63,841 bases of DNA, filler included, from Olpidium bornovanus S191 (GCA_017911155.1; 36 parts of 36 records of this genome joined end to end with filler, not necessarily neighbours in it), one strand, 5' to 3'. Shown: positions 11,073 through 22,461, numbered from the whole stretch's first letter. Made by a program: numbers and translations. The notes: a model not told the origin generated them from the sequence alone.

Positions 11073-11439
11073 TCATCCGCTGACGAGATCGGCGTTATGT
11101 ATTCCGGCCTGTTGCTCGTTGTGGCCGGCGTCGCGCCCGTGCGGGTGCTGATGTTTCCGCTTTGATGTGGCCGGCCCCTCGACAACTGCGGCCCGGCCGG
11201 GAAGTCTCGCGTGATAGTAGTCAAGAACGTCGAATATTTCGCTGCCGTAGTTGGTAAGTTTCGATTTCTGTCAGCTTCCGGCGACGAGAACACTCGGGGT
11301 GAACTCTGGCAATCCCAGCCGACGCGGGTGGCGGCAGGGACGGAAACACACGCCGCGCACTCACTATATAGCGTCGACGGTCCGCGCTTTCTGGAACATC
11401 TGGTATTTCTCCTTCTGCTTCGGGTTGACCATCTGCATG
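11073..11439 (-). CDS. C-terminal coding fragment, possibly HRDC-like (RecQ/Rrp6 type)
   Basis: Spliced reading ...ESADRRRYI|KSKLTNYGSEIFDVLDYYHARL...* resembles the HRDC end (KL.KYG.E.L.VI..Y). Confidence 0.3.
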
Positions 11440-11578
11440 NNNNNNNNNNNNNNNNNNNNNNNNNNNNNNNNNNNNNNNNNNNNTTAATTAATTAANNNNN
11501 NNNNNNNNNNNNNNNNNNNNNNNNNNNNNNNNNNNNNNNGGGGGGGGGGACCGGTCGAGGCCGCGCGCGGTCGTTCCG

Positions 11579-12849
11579 CTACCGGACCGGCCGAAAGAGG
11601 TCCGCGATCTCGTCCAACGCCCGCAAAAATCTGACGTCGGGGCCGTCACCCCGGCACCACACGGACTGCCGCAGATCCAGCAGCTTGACGTCCAGCATCG
11701 ACCGCGACTCGTCCTCCCGCTCGTCGTCGCTGCTCTCGGCCCCGTCGCCCGCCGCCGGCCGCGCGTCCGGGCCGTCGGGCGCCGCCGCGGCCGCCGCGTC
11801 GCCGTGCGGATCCGCCTCGTACACCATCGCGATCACGCAGCTTCCCAGCCGGACCTCCGCGGACCGCGCGGCCGACGCCAGCGCTTCGAGCTCCTCCTTA
11901 AACCCCGCGAGCAGCCCCTCGACGTACTCGCTGCCTCCAGCCTCACCCGCTTGCCGCAGGTACGAAGCAACAACCTGGGACAGAGCGGAAGGTTGGGAGT
12001 CGCCCGCGACCGCCGGCAGGTCTTCGAAGGCGCCGGTGCCGGCGTTGTACAGCTGGGAGGCGGGCGACGGAAAATAAAATCCCGGCCGGGCGAGACGAGC
12101 GCGGAACGGCCGATGTCAATTTTGTTCGCAAAGCCCCGACAACCCGGGCGGGAATTTTTCGTAAAGCATGGCGGTTTGCGTCGCACGCCCGCGCGCCCCC
12201 CCCCCCTTCCCCCCCTTCTTTTTTTTGGGTGTACCTTGGCCATCACGACGTCGGCTGCGCTGCTGTGACGCCGACCGCTTTCCGCGGGGGCGTCCGCCGC
12301 CGCCGCCGCGTTGATCACCACGTAGAGGACGCACGGCCTCCGGAAGCCGTGCGTCGGGTTCTGGATGCATATGGCGCGTGTAATCACGCGGGCCGAACGC
12401 ATTTGTTTTTTTTTTTTCGAACGGTCTCGTCAAAGACACGGGGGGGAACCGGCAAACGACCGCGCGGAACCGCGCGTGCGTGTCCACACCCTCAACCCCC
12501 CCCTTCTCGACGGGCTAGAAAGGATATTGTCCGGCGGGTGAACGCCGCCGTCCGCGGCGTCGGCGTCACGCGCTCCGCTGCCGCTGCCGCCGCCTCCGCG
12601 GTCGCCTCCCTCCACGGCCTCTTCGGACCTGTCGGCGAGGACTCGGGCGCAGAGCGAGGGGTCGCGCACGCGGGTGAGGTCGCCGCAGTATCCCGCAAAC
12701 GGGACGAGCGCCGGGCACAGCCAGGGCAGGCCGGCGTAGAAGGCGCGCTCGGCCGGCGACGGGGCGTCCATGATCACCAGCGGCTCGTCGGGGTCGAGGA
12801 GCGGGAGCGGCGCGCGGAGCGGCATGCGTCGCGGGTGGGGCGGCGTCAT
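11579..12849 (-). CDS. Inositol polyphosphate kinase (IPK/IPMK) family protein with degenerate catalytic motifs
   Basis: IPK motif order is preserved: E.AFY..L..CPALVPF..Y.G.L; NPTHGFRRPCVL; KLYNAGTG; RLGSCVIAMVYEAD; LDVKLLDLRQS..CRGDGPDVRFLRALDEI. Three exons with GT-AG junctions. Confidence 0.65.
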
Positions 12850-12879
12850 GTGGCCCGCCTTCCCGCGCGGGCGTCGCAA

Positions 12880-12933
<54 letters not shown>

Positions 12934-13420
12934 CCCCCCCCCCCCCCCCACNNNNNNNNNNNNNNNNNNNNNNNNNNNNNNNNNNNNNNNNNNNNTTAAT
13001 TAATTAANNNNNNNNNNNNNNNNNNNNNNNNNNNNNNNNNNNNNNNNNNNNCCCTGCCCCCCTTCCCCCCCCCCCCCACACCTCGTTGACCCCGCCCGTG
13101 CGCGCAGCGGTGAGCTTTCCAGCGCTCGAATGCGCCCAGCGTAAACAAAACCCCCGTCAAAAAAAAAGTAAATCACAGGGAGGGGAACCCTTGACGCTTC
13201 TGCAAAAAAAAAGAAAAGAAAAAAAAAAGAGCAAGGCAACGCGTCTGCAAGGCCTGGCCGTTCAACGAAAACAACCAGCGAGCGCAAAGGGGGTTGGGTG
13301 GCCGGGATAAATAAGATATACATATATTACAAACCGCGCACGCGGAATGGTGCGGATCTTCATCCCCGTGCGTCACTCCTGTTCTCGTCCCCACCTCCTC
13401 CCCCGGCCCCCGGCCGCAAT

Positions 13421-14074
13421 CTACAGCCACGCGGCCCTGGACGGAACCTTCCCTCCCGCGACATTCAGCGGCGGCTTCCCGTCCGCCTCCGCCTCCTCCA
13501 CCGCCGCCGCTGCCGCCGCCTCCGCCCGCCCGTTCCCGGTGCCGCCGCGCACCTCGACTTCCGGGACCCCATAGGCCTCAGCGAGGAGCTCCTCGGCGGC
13601 GCAGGTCATCAGGAGCTTGGCTTCCACGCTCCGGTCAAAGTCGGCGCTCCCGCCGTCAAGACGGTACCGGGCGAGGCGCCCGCAGGCGGGGAAGCGGGCG
13701 GCCGAGGCGGAGGAGGCGGAGGAGGAGGAGGAGGAGGCGACCTTGGCAAAAAGGGCGAGCAGGTCGTCGAAGCAGTCGACGAAAGCGGACGGGTTCGGGG
13801 CGAGGGTGGCAAACAGGACCAGGATCTCTAGCGTGGCGGCGTCCGTCGTGGCCCCGCGGTACGCGGCCAGGGCCTCCGCGAACGCCTCGCGCGGCGGCCG
13901 CGCGCTCGAGGGGCGTCTCGGCGCGGCGGCCGCCGCCGCGGCCGCCGGGTGACGATCGGGCCGGCCCGGCACGGAGCCTGCCGAACCACCAACGCGGGAC
14001 GCCGGCGACCCAGGACCGACATCCGCGAGGATGTCCACGAGCAGCCGGATGCACCGCCGTAGATGCGAATGCAT
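13421..14074 (-). CDS. Hypothetical alpha-helical protein exon
   Basis: 217-aa ORF with protein-like segments (EAFAEALAAYRG..TLEILVLFATLAPNPSAFVDCFDDLLALFAKV) and GC3-rich codons; family not recognised. Confidence 0.45.
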   Translation of the reverse strand: MHSHLRRCIRLLVDILADVGPGSPASRVGGSAGSVPGRPDRHPAAAAAAAAPRRPSSARPPREAFAEALAAYRGATTDAATLEILVLFATLAPNPSAFVDCFDDLLALFAKVASSSSSSASSASAARFPACGRLARYRLDGGSADFDRSVEAKLLMTCAAEELLAEAYGVPEVEVRGGTGNGRAEAAAAAAVEEAEADGKPPLNVAGGKVPSRAAWL

Positions 14075-14204
14075 CGAGAAGGCTGCCGAGGCTGCGTCCG
14101 CGAGCAGGGCACGTCACCGGCGGTGGCGGAGTCAGTTATTTCCAACGGTGGTTTAAAATGCCACACCTGCAGTGACTTGTTCACCAAGGCGGTGCGGTAG
14201 GCGA

Positions 14205-14256
<52 letters not shown>

Positions 14257-15721
14257 CCCCCCCCCCCCCCCCCNNNNNNNNNNNNNNNNNNNNNNNNNNN
14301 NNNNNNNNNNNNNNNNNTTAATTAATTAANNNNNNNNNNNNNNNNNNNNNNNNNNNNNNNNNNNNNNNNNNNNATATCAGGCGATGATTCGTAACGCTGT
14401 GTGGCAGTGCTCCTCGAGCAATGCCCCGACAAGTTTTCTGAGAAAGTGGTTTGTGTGATGGGGGGCGGGGTGGGGAATCTCTTCAGTGAATACGACCAGT
14501 TTCAGCTTGCAGCTTGGGGTGTGGAAGTATAACTGCCAAAAAGACGACCCTTTGGCTGTTACAGATGCCGTGCGGTGTTCAACGGTGAGGGACAAATTAG
14601 CGTGAGCCACCTTGCTGGTTTTCGAGCCCGTACTTTCTTGGACCGTCGCGGAGGTGCGGCGGCGGAGTTTCAGTCTCACTGGGGACGACAGCGCAGTGCA
14701 CGATCGCTGTTACCGATTTCCAAGCAATCCGGCCGGGGTTGAAAAAAAAAAAAAAAAAAAAAGATCGCGTGGCACGTAATTGACTTGCGATCGGCTGGAT
14801 CGTCAGCGCATTTAATCAGAATCCGAACACGCTAAAAGTTCTTGGAGGTTCCCTTCGAGATAGCGGAGGATACGTTTTGAAGTGACGTGCAGGGAATTTT
14901 TGTCCAAAAGGGTTCGCCGTTAAGCGGACAGGAAGAAGTTGGTCGCAGTGGCTAATTGTGACCAGGCACGTGCACAAGGCAAAGGTGTCATTGAGACCGC
15001 CGGACGAGCTCGCGACATCACCGTTTCTCCTCCTCCGTGGCTGTTGGTCGTACGGTCTGAGGGCACGACCCGGCGTGAGACATCAATGGTGTAGGCCCAC
15101 CATGCAGCGCCCCATTCCCCATCGCCGCCGCCGCCGCCGCCGTCGGGCCTCGTAGACCCCGTCTGCCCTTCTCGACGAAGCGCTTGGCTTCCGCGACTCC
15201 GGGAGAGCCGCTGCGCCCGCCGTCCCACCCCCCACGACCCCCACTCCCCCCCCGTCTCCGTCCGGCGGCTCCGCTGACGCCGCCCCGCCGCATCCCGGCG
15301 CCGGCGCCGGCTCCGCGCAACCCGCCATTCGCCCTTCGGCGGACCGCCGTCCGGCGCTCCCACTGCGCTGCCCCCCCCCCCCCCCCCCCCCCCCCGCCCG
15401 CCCCGCCCGCCCNNNNNNNNNNNNNNNNNNNNNNNNNNNNNNNNNNNNNNNNNNNNTTAATTAATTAANNNNNNNNNNNNNNNNNNNNNNNNNNNNNNNN
15501 NNNNNNNNNNNNACGGCGGGCGTCCGCAACGCACACTGCACTGACGTGCCGGGCTGTTTTCCGTTGTGTTGTTTCCCAATGTTTCCCCAATGCAATTATT
15601 ATTTCAGACCGTGCGCTGCTTGAGGGGTGCATGAAGCGCGGGAAAGAAAACGCATGCGAACTGCAATTCCAATCCACGCCCCGCCCGCGCAAGGCGCGTA
15701 CGCCAAGGCGAGCAGGGCGCC

Positions 15722-16569
15722 ATGGAACACCTGCTGGCGGGGTCAGCGTCTGGCCTGCTTTCTTGCCTTTTCCTGCAGCCCTTCGACCTAGTGAAGACAA
15801 GGTGAACAGTTGCGGGGCGCGGCGCGGCGCCGCTCCACCAGTGCCGGGGAACCCGAGCCGCTCGCAGGAAAACACGCCGACGTCTGACGCCCAAATCTCC
15901 GTTTCGGCTTGTCGCCGCAGGTTGCAGCAGCAGCAGAACCAGCAACCGCGCAGGATTTTCGACGTCGGAGGAACGGCGTCTTTCACGCCGATGTCGGGGT
16001 GGGCAAACGACTCTGGAGCGGGTTACGGGTGCCGTTGCGCGGGGGCCGCTTCCACCAACGGATTCGGAGCAGCAGGACAATTGGTTATTCACGTGCCACG
16101 GTTTTCTGGGAAAGAACCGTGTCAGGGTAACACGGCGGCCTACGTCCGTCTTTTCAGAAGAGCGCGATCAACCGTGAAGGAGATCATAACCAAAGAGGGT
16201 GTATTTCAGTTGTGGAGAGGAACGATACCGACTATCCTGCGGTGGGTAGAGGTTCCATTGTGTGCTCGAAGTCAAGGAACGGAGGCGACCACGATCGCCG
16301 AAAGTTCTGACAATTTGCTGCCTGCCTCGAATAACGCAACGGAAGCCAGAAATGTACCGGGAACGGGCCTGTATTTCGCCGCCCTCAACCAGATTCGAAG
16401 CCTGTTTAGCCGAGCTCATTCCGCCAGCGAGACGGGTTTCCCGCCGGGTACTAGGGACCAATCCCTTCCAGTTCTTTCCAAGACGGAGAACCTGCTTGCA
16501 GGTGGCACCGCTCGAGCTGTAGTGGGGTTTGCGCTGATGCCGTTTACTGTTGTCAAAGCCAGGTACGAG
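15722..16569 (+). CDS. HEM25: Mitochondrial glycine carrier (SLC25A38/Hem25), 5' part, spliced
   Basis: MEHLLAGSASGLLSCLFLQPFDLVKTR|LQQ; EGVFQLWRGTIPTILR|NVPGTGLYF; ENLLAGGTARAVVGFALMPFTVVKARYE, with PX(D/E)XX(K/R) carrier signatures. Confidence 0.92.
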
Positions 16570-16849
16570 GTGAGATTTGTGGTGCGCGGTCCTTGGCTCG
16601 CCTGCCGGCGCGCTCCTTAGCTAATTTCGAGTTTGACTACGGTCTTAACGTTTGCCCTGGGTATAAAACACGTGGTGTTCGCTGCTGCGGCATACGTCTA
16701 TGAAAATCCTCTTTGCCGTAGAGCAATCTGTACTCCTATTCCAACATGNNNNNNNNNNNNNNNNNNNNNNNNNNNNNNNNNNNNNNNNNNNNTTAATTAA
16801 TTAANNNNNNNNNNNNNNNNNNNNNNNNNNNNNNNNNNNNNNNNNNNNC

Positions 16850-17935
16850 ATGTCGTTCTTGGAAGACGGGGTTAATGAATTCGAAGCATACGCTTCGGAT
16901 GAAGCCGAGCTGAGTTCGGAGGAGACCGAACTGAATTCCGACGGCCGCGGGCGGGCCGAGGGTACGGACAGCGAGAGCTCGGAGGAGATAGAGTCAGGTT
17001 CCGACGACGAGGAGCGGACCGAGGGTGCGGACAGCGAAGGCGTCGAGGAAGACGCGGAGGACCGTGGGAGCCCCGGCGTTGCTGCTGACGGAAACGACGG
17101 TGGCGGGATCGGGTGTGGGAGCATAAGCGACGCGCCGGAAACGGACATCTACGGCCGGCCGCGCAATCTCTCGGCCGTCGCCGGATCGCGCAAATACGTG
17201 CCGCCTCACCTGCGAAAAGCTCCGGCGACCAAGTCGGAGCAACAAGTCCGCTTACACCGGCAAGTGCAGGGGCTGATTAACCGGCTGTCACAGTCGAACA
17301 TTGAGTCCATCTTCGTGGACGTCGAGAAGCTTTACCGAGAGAACGCGCGGAACGACGTGACTTCGGCGATCACGGAGATCGTCCTGGGCACCGTCGCGGC
17401 GCGCTCAAATCTGCTGCACGGCTTTGTGATCCTGTACGCCGCTTTCGTCGCCGGTATTCACCGCGTGGTCGGCGTGGAGTTTGGCGCCCACGTTGTGCAG
17501 GCCCTCGTGGAACTTTACGAGAGGCACGCGGAGGAAGCGAGAAAACCCGTCCTATTGGAAGACGGCGCAGACGCCAAAGGCGCCAAAGAGGCCAACAATC
17601 TGCTGCAGCTCCTCGCAGAGATGTACAACTTTCAGGTGGTTGCCTCCGTGCTTGTCCACGACATCCTCAAAAGCCTGGTGGCGGACCTGTCGGAGGTGAA
17701 CGTGGAAATGCTCCTGACGCTGATTAGGGGTCAGTCGGTGTTTCTGTCGCGCGGCGCTTCGTTTCGGCTCGTCGGGCTTTCTTAACGCGCGGATCGCCGC
17801 GCATTTGCGAACACAGCGACAGGTCACAAGCTCCGGCAAGAGGACCCCGCTGCGGTAAAAGACATTTTTGTATTTTTGAATGCGGAGATTACGAAACGTG
17901 ACGCGTCTACGCTGTCGCCGAGAACGAAGTTCATG
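16850..17935 (+). CDS. SGD1: Nucleolar MIF4G protein Sgd1/NOM1, partial
   Basis: KYVPPHLRK...RQVQGLINRLSQSNIESI; ANNLLQLLAEMYNFQVV; next exon GHKLRQEDPAAVKDI...SPRTKFM. Confidence 0.92.
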
Positions 17936-18064
17936 CNNNNNNNNNNNNNNNNNNNNNNNNNNNNNNNNNNNNNNNNNNNNTTAATTAATTAANNNNNNNN
18001 NNNNNNNNNNNNNNNNNNNNNNNNNNNNNNNNNNNNGATCTAAACGGCCTTCTGGGCGCACCGG

Positions 18065-19189
18065 TTGCGTGATTCCCGCAGCTTGCTTGCTGCCACGGCT
18101 GCGTGCGTCGCCGATCAGCCAACACCGGAGCGCCAATGCACTTTACGTGGACGCATGATTCGCTTTATCCATTACACGTGGAGGTTTCGCGCCATCCACA
18201 AGGACGAAAGCACCGAAGCATGCGTTGCCCTTCTCCAGTCAGTCCGATCCTTCTTTTGTAATGCAACCCCACTTTGGCAAATAACCTCGCGTTCGACTCC
18301 TTGCAGACTTCACCGTTCCATGATCGAGGCGTTTCTTCAGGTCATGAATTGGCCAGCCACCTTTTGGCTGTCCGCGGATCCCCGCGACCCGGAATTCCTG
18401 TTCCTACCGTCAGAAACGCAATACTGTAGTCCTGGTGGCCCTGAGGATCGCAACTATGATCCGCGTCCCGCCCCCGTCGCCGATGACAGGTATATTCAAG
18501 TCCGCGTTCTCATGCGCCCGGTTTCCCCGCCACAGCCAGACGCCGAACTCCCCGACGATGCTCCGGCAGCCATCTCTCCCCGCGCTCAGAATTCCTGGTT
18601 CCCCGAGCTCCGCCAAAGTGCCGAGTCCTATAATTTTCTCCGCCGGCTCGCTGTCGCACGGGAGGATCCTCCTATTGACATGTCCCGGGTTGATCAGGGC
18701 CAAACCTGTTCACGAAACTTCCTCTTCTCAGACGTTTGCCGGGACGTTTCGCGCGACGACGAAGACAATCCTGAGGGAGATGGCGGAAACGAGTGTGCCC
18801 CTCCTCCTACGGACCGCATCACACGGTCACAGACCCGCGCCAGTCACGCCCCCGCATCGGCAACCAGAAGTGCCGTTGTTCCGCCAGCTTCCCGTTCCTC
18901 CTCCTCCTCCTCAACAACCCGCTGGATCGCTTCTGCCACCGCCCCCAGCAGGCTTCGTTCCACGCGGTCGGGGACAACCGGCGCTGTCGTTCTTTCGTCG
19001 TCGGGCTCCACGTCATCAGCTTCCGCACCCGCAACCTCCACCAATCCCTCGTCATCCCTGGCCACCTTGTCGTCTACCAGCGGGTCTTCCTCGTCAGCCC
19101 CGTTTCCTGGCGGATTTTCCTCGGCCCCACCCAGTGGCGACACATCAGCGTCCATTGCGGCGACAGTTGATACTCCGACTGCTCCGTAA
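18065..19189 (+). CDS. Long ORF of unknown function, antisense to and downstream of a Gypsy integrase
   Basis: 374-aa intronless ORF on the same contig as the integrase; the C-terminal third is Ser/Thr/Pro low complexity. Confidence 0.4.
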   Translation: MRDSRSLLAATAACVADQPTPERQCTLRGRMIRFIHYTWRFRAIHKDESTEACVALLQSVRSFFCNATPLWQITSRSTPCRLHRSMIEAFLQVMNWPATFWLSADPRDPEFLFLPSETQYCSPGGPEDRNYDPRPAPVADDRYIQVRVLMRPVSPPQPDAELPDDAPAAISPRAQNSWFPELRQSAESYNFLRRLAVAREDPPIDMSRVDQGQTCSRNFLFSDVCRDVSRDDEDNPEGDGGNECAPPPTDRITRSQTRASHAPASATRSAVVPPASRSSSSSSTTRWIASATAPSRLRSTRSGTTGAVVLSSSGSTSSASAPATSTNPSSSLATLSSTSGSSSSAPFPGGFSSAPPSGDTSASIAATVDTPTAP

Positions 19190-19458
19190 CCCTTTCGCTC
19201 TCGTCGCTTGACGTAGAAAAGAAGAAAAAAAAAAGATATGTTGGAATTTCAAAATGAAGCTTTGGAATTTGTCGGTCCCAGTTTGGTCGAGCCTCTCGCA
19301 TTGTTTTTATCTCGACATTTAGCACCTCGGGGCGCCCCGCTCCTACTCGTCGACCCAACCATCTATAACCCCGCAGATAGCACTAACAGCAGATGTGATC
19401 GACGAGCAAGCACGGTCCGGTCCCGAGTGCACCCCTAGCAACCTGTCGCGTCTCGAAT

Positions 19459-19692
19459 TGCAACAGTCTCGTTATCCCACGTCTCCCGATGAATATTCAA
19501 CGATCATAGACTGCCTACGTATCCTGGACGAGGAATCAGGGCATTCTATAGTCTGAAAATAGTCTGAACAGTCAACTCTAAGAAGTGTTGCATGCTTGAA
19601 CTACAAATGCCCTGATTCTTTGTCGAGGATACGTAGGCAGTCTATGATCATTGAATATTCATCGGGAGACGCGGGATAAAAAGACTGTTGCA
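19459..19692. repeat. Inverted repeat: 87-bp arms (19459-19545 and 19606-19692), 60-bp spacer
   Basis: Manual alignment of the left arm to the reverse complement of the right arm gives 80/87 identity. Confidence 0.95.
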
Positions 19693-20391
19693 GACTATTT
19701 TCCGCACCAAGGTCTGCGTCATCTTCGTCACGAGGTTTCACCAAAGGTCTGACGTCGAGCGTTCCATCACGACGTCAGAACAGACGAATCCGCGTGCCCG
19801 TGTAGCGTGTCTTAAGAACAGACCCATCAAGCTCACGTAGAATATATGTACGGGACTCCGGGTTAACTTCCGCTACAACATACGGACCAAACCAGCGAGG
19901 TAGAAGCTTGCGTTCCGTGCAAAACTCATTGTAAATATGATTGTTATGGACGAGGACCCATTCCCCCACTTCAATCGTTTTCGACCGAGTGGATCTTGAC
20001 GCATCTATTCTTTCCTTTGCTATTTCTCGCTCTTGTCGAATTCAGGGAATTGCTCGTTCCAAATCTGACTCGCGTCTTTCCAACTGCCTGATTCAATTTG
20101 CCACCAGGTCCTCCATGGAACAATTGTCTGTCCAGGGCAAACCTGTCCAGCTAACGATCTCTGAGTCCACCGGAAACGGAGGCTGTTTACCAGTAAGCAA
20201 CTCGGCTGGCATGTAACCTGTCATGCGCGATACTGTCAAACGATCGGCGCAGAGGGCAAGTGGTAGCCTGCATGCCCAATCTCTCAGGTGTCCGTCGCAA
20301 CTTTTCCGAAGAACTCCAAGCAAACTTCGATGTCTCCGCTCAACCTTTTTATTTGCTCCAGGGTTGTACGGCGTTGTAAAGTAAAGCTTAA
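19601..20391 (-). mobile_element. Ty3/Gypsy integrase C-terminal region, pseudogenised
   Basis: TTPYNPGANKKVERRH (catalytic E), LPLAL.ADR.TVSRMTGYMPAELLTG, and GEWVLV...KLLPRWFGPYVV (GPY/F module); single frame with three in-frame TGA. Confidence 0.92.
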
Positions 20392-20597
20392 NNNNNNNNN
20401 NNNNNNNNNNNNNNNNNNNNNNNNNNNNNNNNNNNTTAATTAATTAANNNNNNNNNNNNNNNNNNNNNNNNNNNNNNNNNNNNNNNNNNNNCATGACCCG
20501 TTTTTCCCGATTTCCGCCCACGAAGTACCCGAACACCTTCACCTCCTCCCCCCCAATCCCTCCACGCCGCCGTCCCCCGCCGTGGCCATTGTAGTAA

Positions 20598-21589
20598 TTA
20601 CGGCCAGACAATTTTGTCGCACGCCATATTCGCCACCTTGTTGCCGAAATTTTTGATGGGCCTTTTCGATGGGTCAACGGCCTTGTAGCTCGCATTCGAC
20701 GCCTTGTTCTGTTGCGCAATGGCGTCGTGAGCGCGGGCGCGTCGAGCAGTATCGTTTGCAAGGCTTCTCGCCGACTTGCCGCTGTCGAGGCCGGTGGTGA
20801 CGGTTGTAGACGTTTTTGCTTTATTCTTCTCGCAGACAGACTCGTGCTTGGAGATCCGGTCTGAAATCGCAGGTGCAAGGCGAAGCACCTCAGCAAACGA
20901 AATCGAGAACTTCCGGGATGCGTCGGTGGTAATTCAAATTTGTTTTTTGGCTTGCAAATTGCCGTACCTGGATTGAACTTGCGACCACAATGGCTTCATG
21001 AGCAGGGCAAAATGCCGGACAACCGGCGAGGAATAAGCGAACTCTCAGGTTTCAAGGCCGAGCAGTGCCGTCCGATCTCGCAAATATCCCGGTCGATTCT
21101 ACGGCCGCAAGAAAAAGGCAAAAAAAACAAAAAAAAATCTACGTACATGCCCGCCGGCATGGCCGCTCTCGCCTGCTCCTCGGCCGCGCGGTTCCACTCG
21201 TCGACATCGACAACCCCGCCGGCGGACGGCACGATCGGCTTCTCGGCCGGCACCGCCTTCGCCCGTAGCTCCTTCGGCAGCTTGGCCTGTTCCAGCCGCC
21301 ACTTCTCGAGGCACTGCGGGACGTGGATGGGCAGGCTGGCGGCGGCGAAGGGGCGAGAGCAAATGTGACACGCGAGGAAGCGCGGGCCGCGGCGGGCGCT
21401 GCTGGCCCCGGGCGTCGATCGCGGCGCGGCGCCCGACCGGATCGGTTTGGAAACACTGTTGACCGAAGACGAGGAGGCGCGGTCGAGCGAAAACGGCGGC
21501 AACAAGGAGGAGCCGGAGGCCGGGGGTAATCTCTGCTTCGGCAAGGGAGACCGCGCGCGGGCGGCGGTCGGGCCGGAAGCCGGCGCCAT
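20598..21589 (-). CDS. C2HC-type zinc finger protein (ZNF474 / zf-C2HC_2-like), spliced
   Basis: FLACHICSRPFAAASLPIHVPQCLEKWRLEQAKLPKELR...WNRAAEEQARAAM, and a second finger HCGRKFNP|DRISKHESVC. Confidence 0.8.
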
Positions 21590-22380
21590 GAGGTGGTTCC
21601 TGAAAGAGGTGCAGCGCCGGGCACTTGCGTCTTTTCGTCCGAAAGCACAACACGCAGCAATTGGGCCGGGTTTAAGGGAATTTTTTCCTTCCGGCCGCAA
21701 CAACAGGGGCCCGTCGGGACAACCTGTTTCGCAGCAGGCACGTACACACGCACACGCAAGGTCAAACGCACCGGGCAAGCGGTCGATGTTGTTCGCATCC
21801 CTCCAGCTAAAAGTTTCACGAGATATCATGACTTCTGCTAAGCTGCCGCTCCGACCCTCCCCCGTCGGTGCGACAGCTACGAGGGGCACTTGTAGCCCGA
21901 AACTTTGCCCGCTCGGGATCGGTACTAGCCCATCTTACCTCATGGGCCCCGACCGCGATTGAAGACAAGGCATTCTCCCCCTTCCTCGCTGATGGTACCA
22001 GTTTGTCCAAATGCCGCGAGAAGGAAAGCGATCGAATGGCGATCGCTGATCGGGATTCCCGGCGGCTGACTGCCGACGAGCGGGCGAACGTTCTGTTTGT
22101 GGTCGGTGTGGCGGCCCCGGTGGCGTCCGCGGAGATTCTCCCCGGCTACCGTCGTGAACACAAACCTTGCGCCACTTTCCGTGGCTCCAATGTGTGCCGA
22201 CGAGCTGTCGACTTTCAAGTTGCAACGCATCGTCCCAAAGGCAAACGTCCGAGTGTCGAGACCTTGGAACCGACGACGCACGCGATGGGGCAATAAGTAA
22301 AATTAAAGAAAACGGAAAACGGGTAAGGTAGCCCTGACCGTGGGAACAGATCCCCGGCGTCACCGCACTCGGTTGGCGTC

Positions 22381-22461
22381 AAGCTGTCTCACCAAGGCTG
22401 TCAAGCTGTCTCACCAAGGCTGTCAAGCTGTCTCATCAAGGCTGTCTCAAGCTGTCTCACC
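22381..22461. repeat. 22-bp tandem repeat (AAGCTGTCTCACCAAGGCTGTC) x~3.5
   Basis: Units start at 22381, 22403, 22425 and 22449. Confidence 0.9.

Noticed and set aside
19775-20095. TGA recoding (alternative genetic code or selenocysteine)
   Set aside because: Host genes in the window terminate at TGA (RAB18 at 9739-9741, the DHHC fragment at 29675-29677); CpG decay explains the stops more simply.
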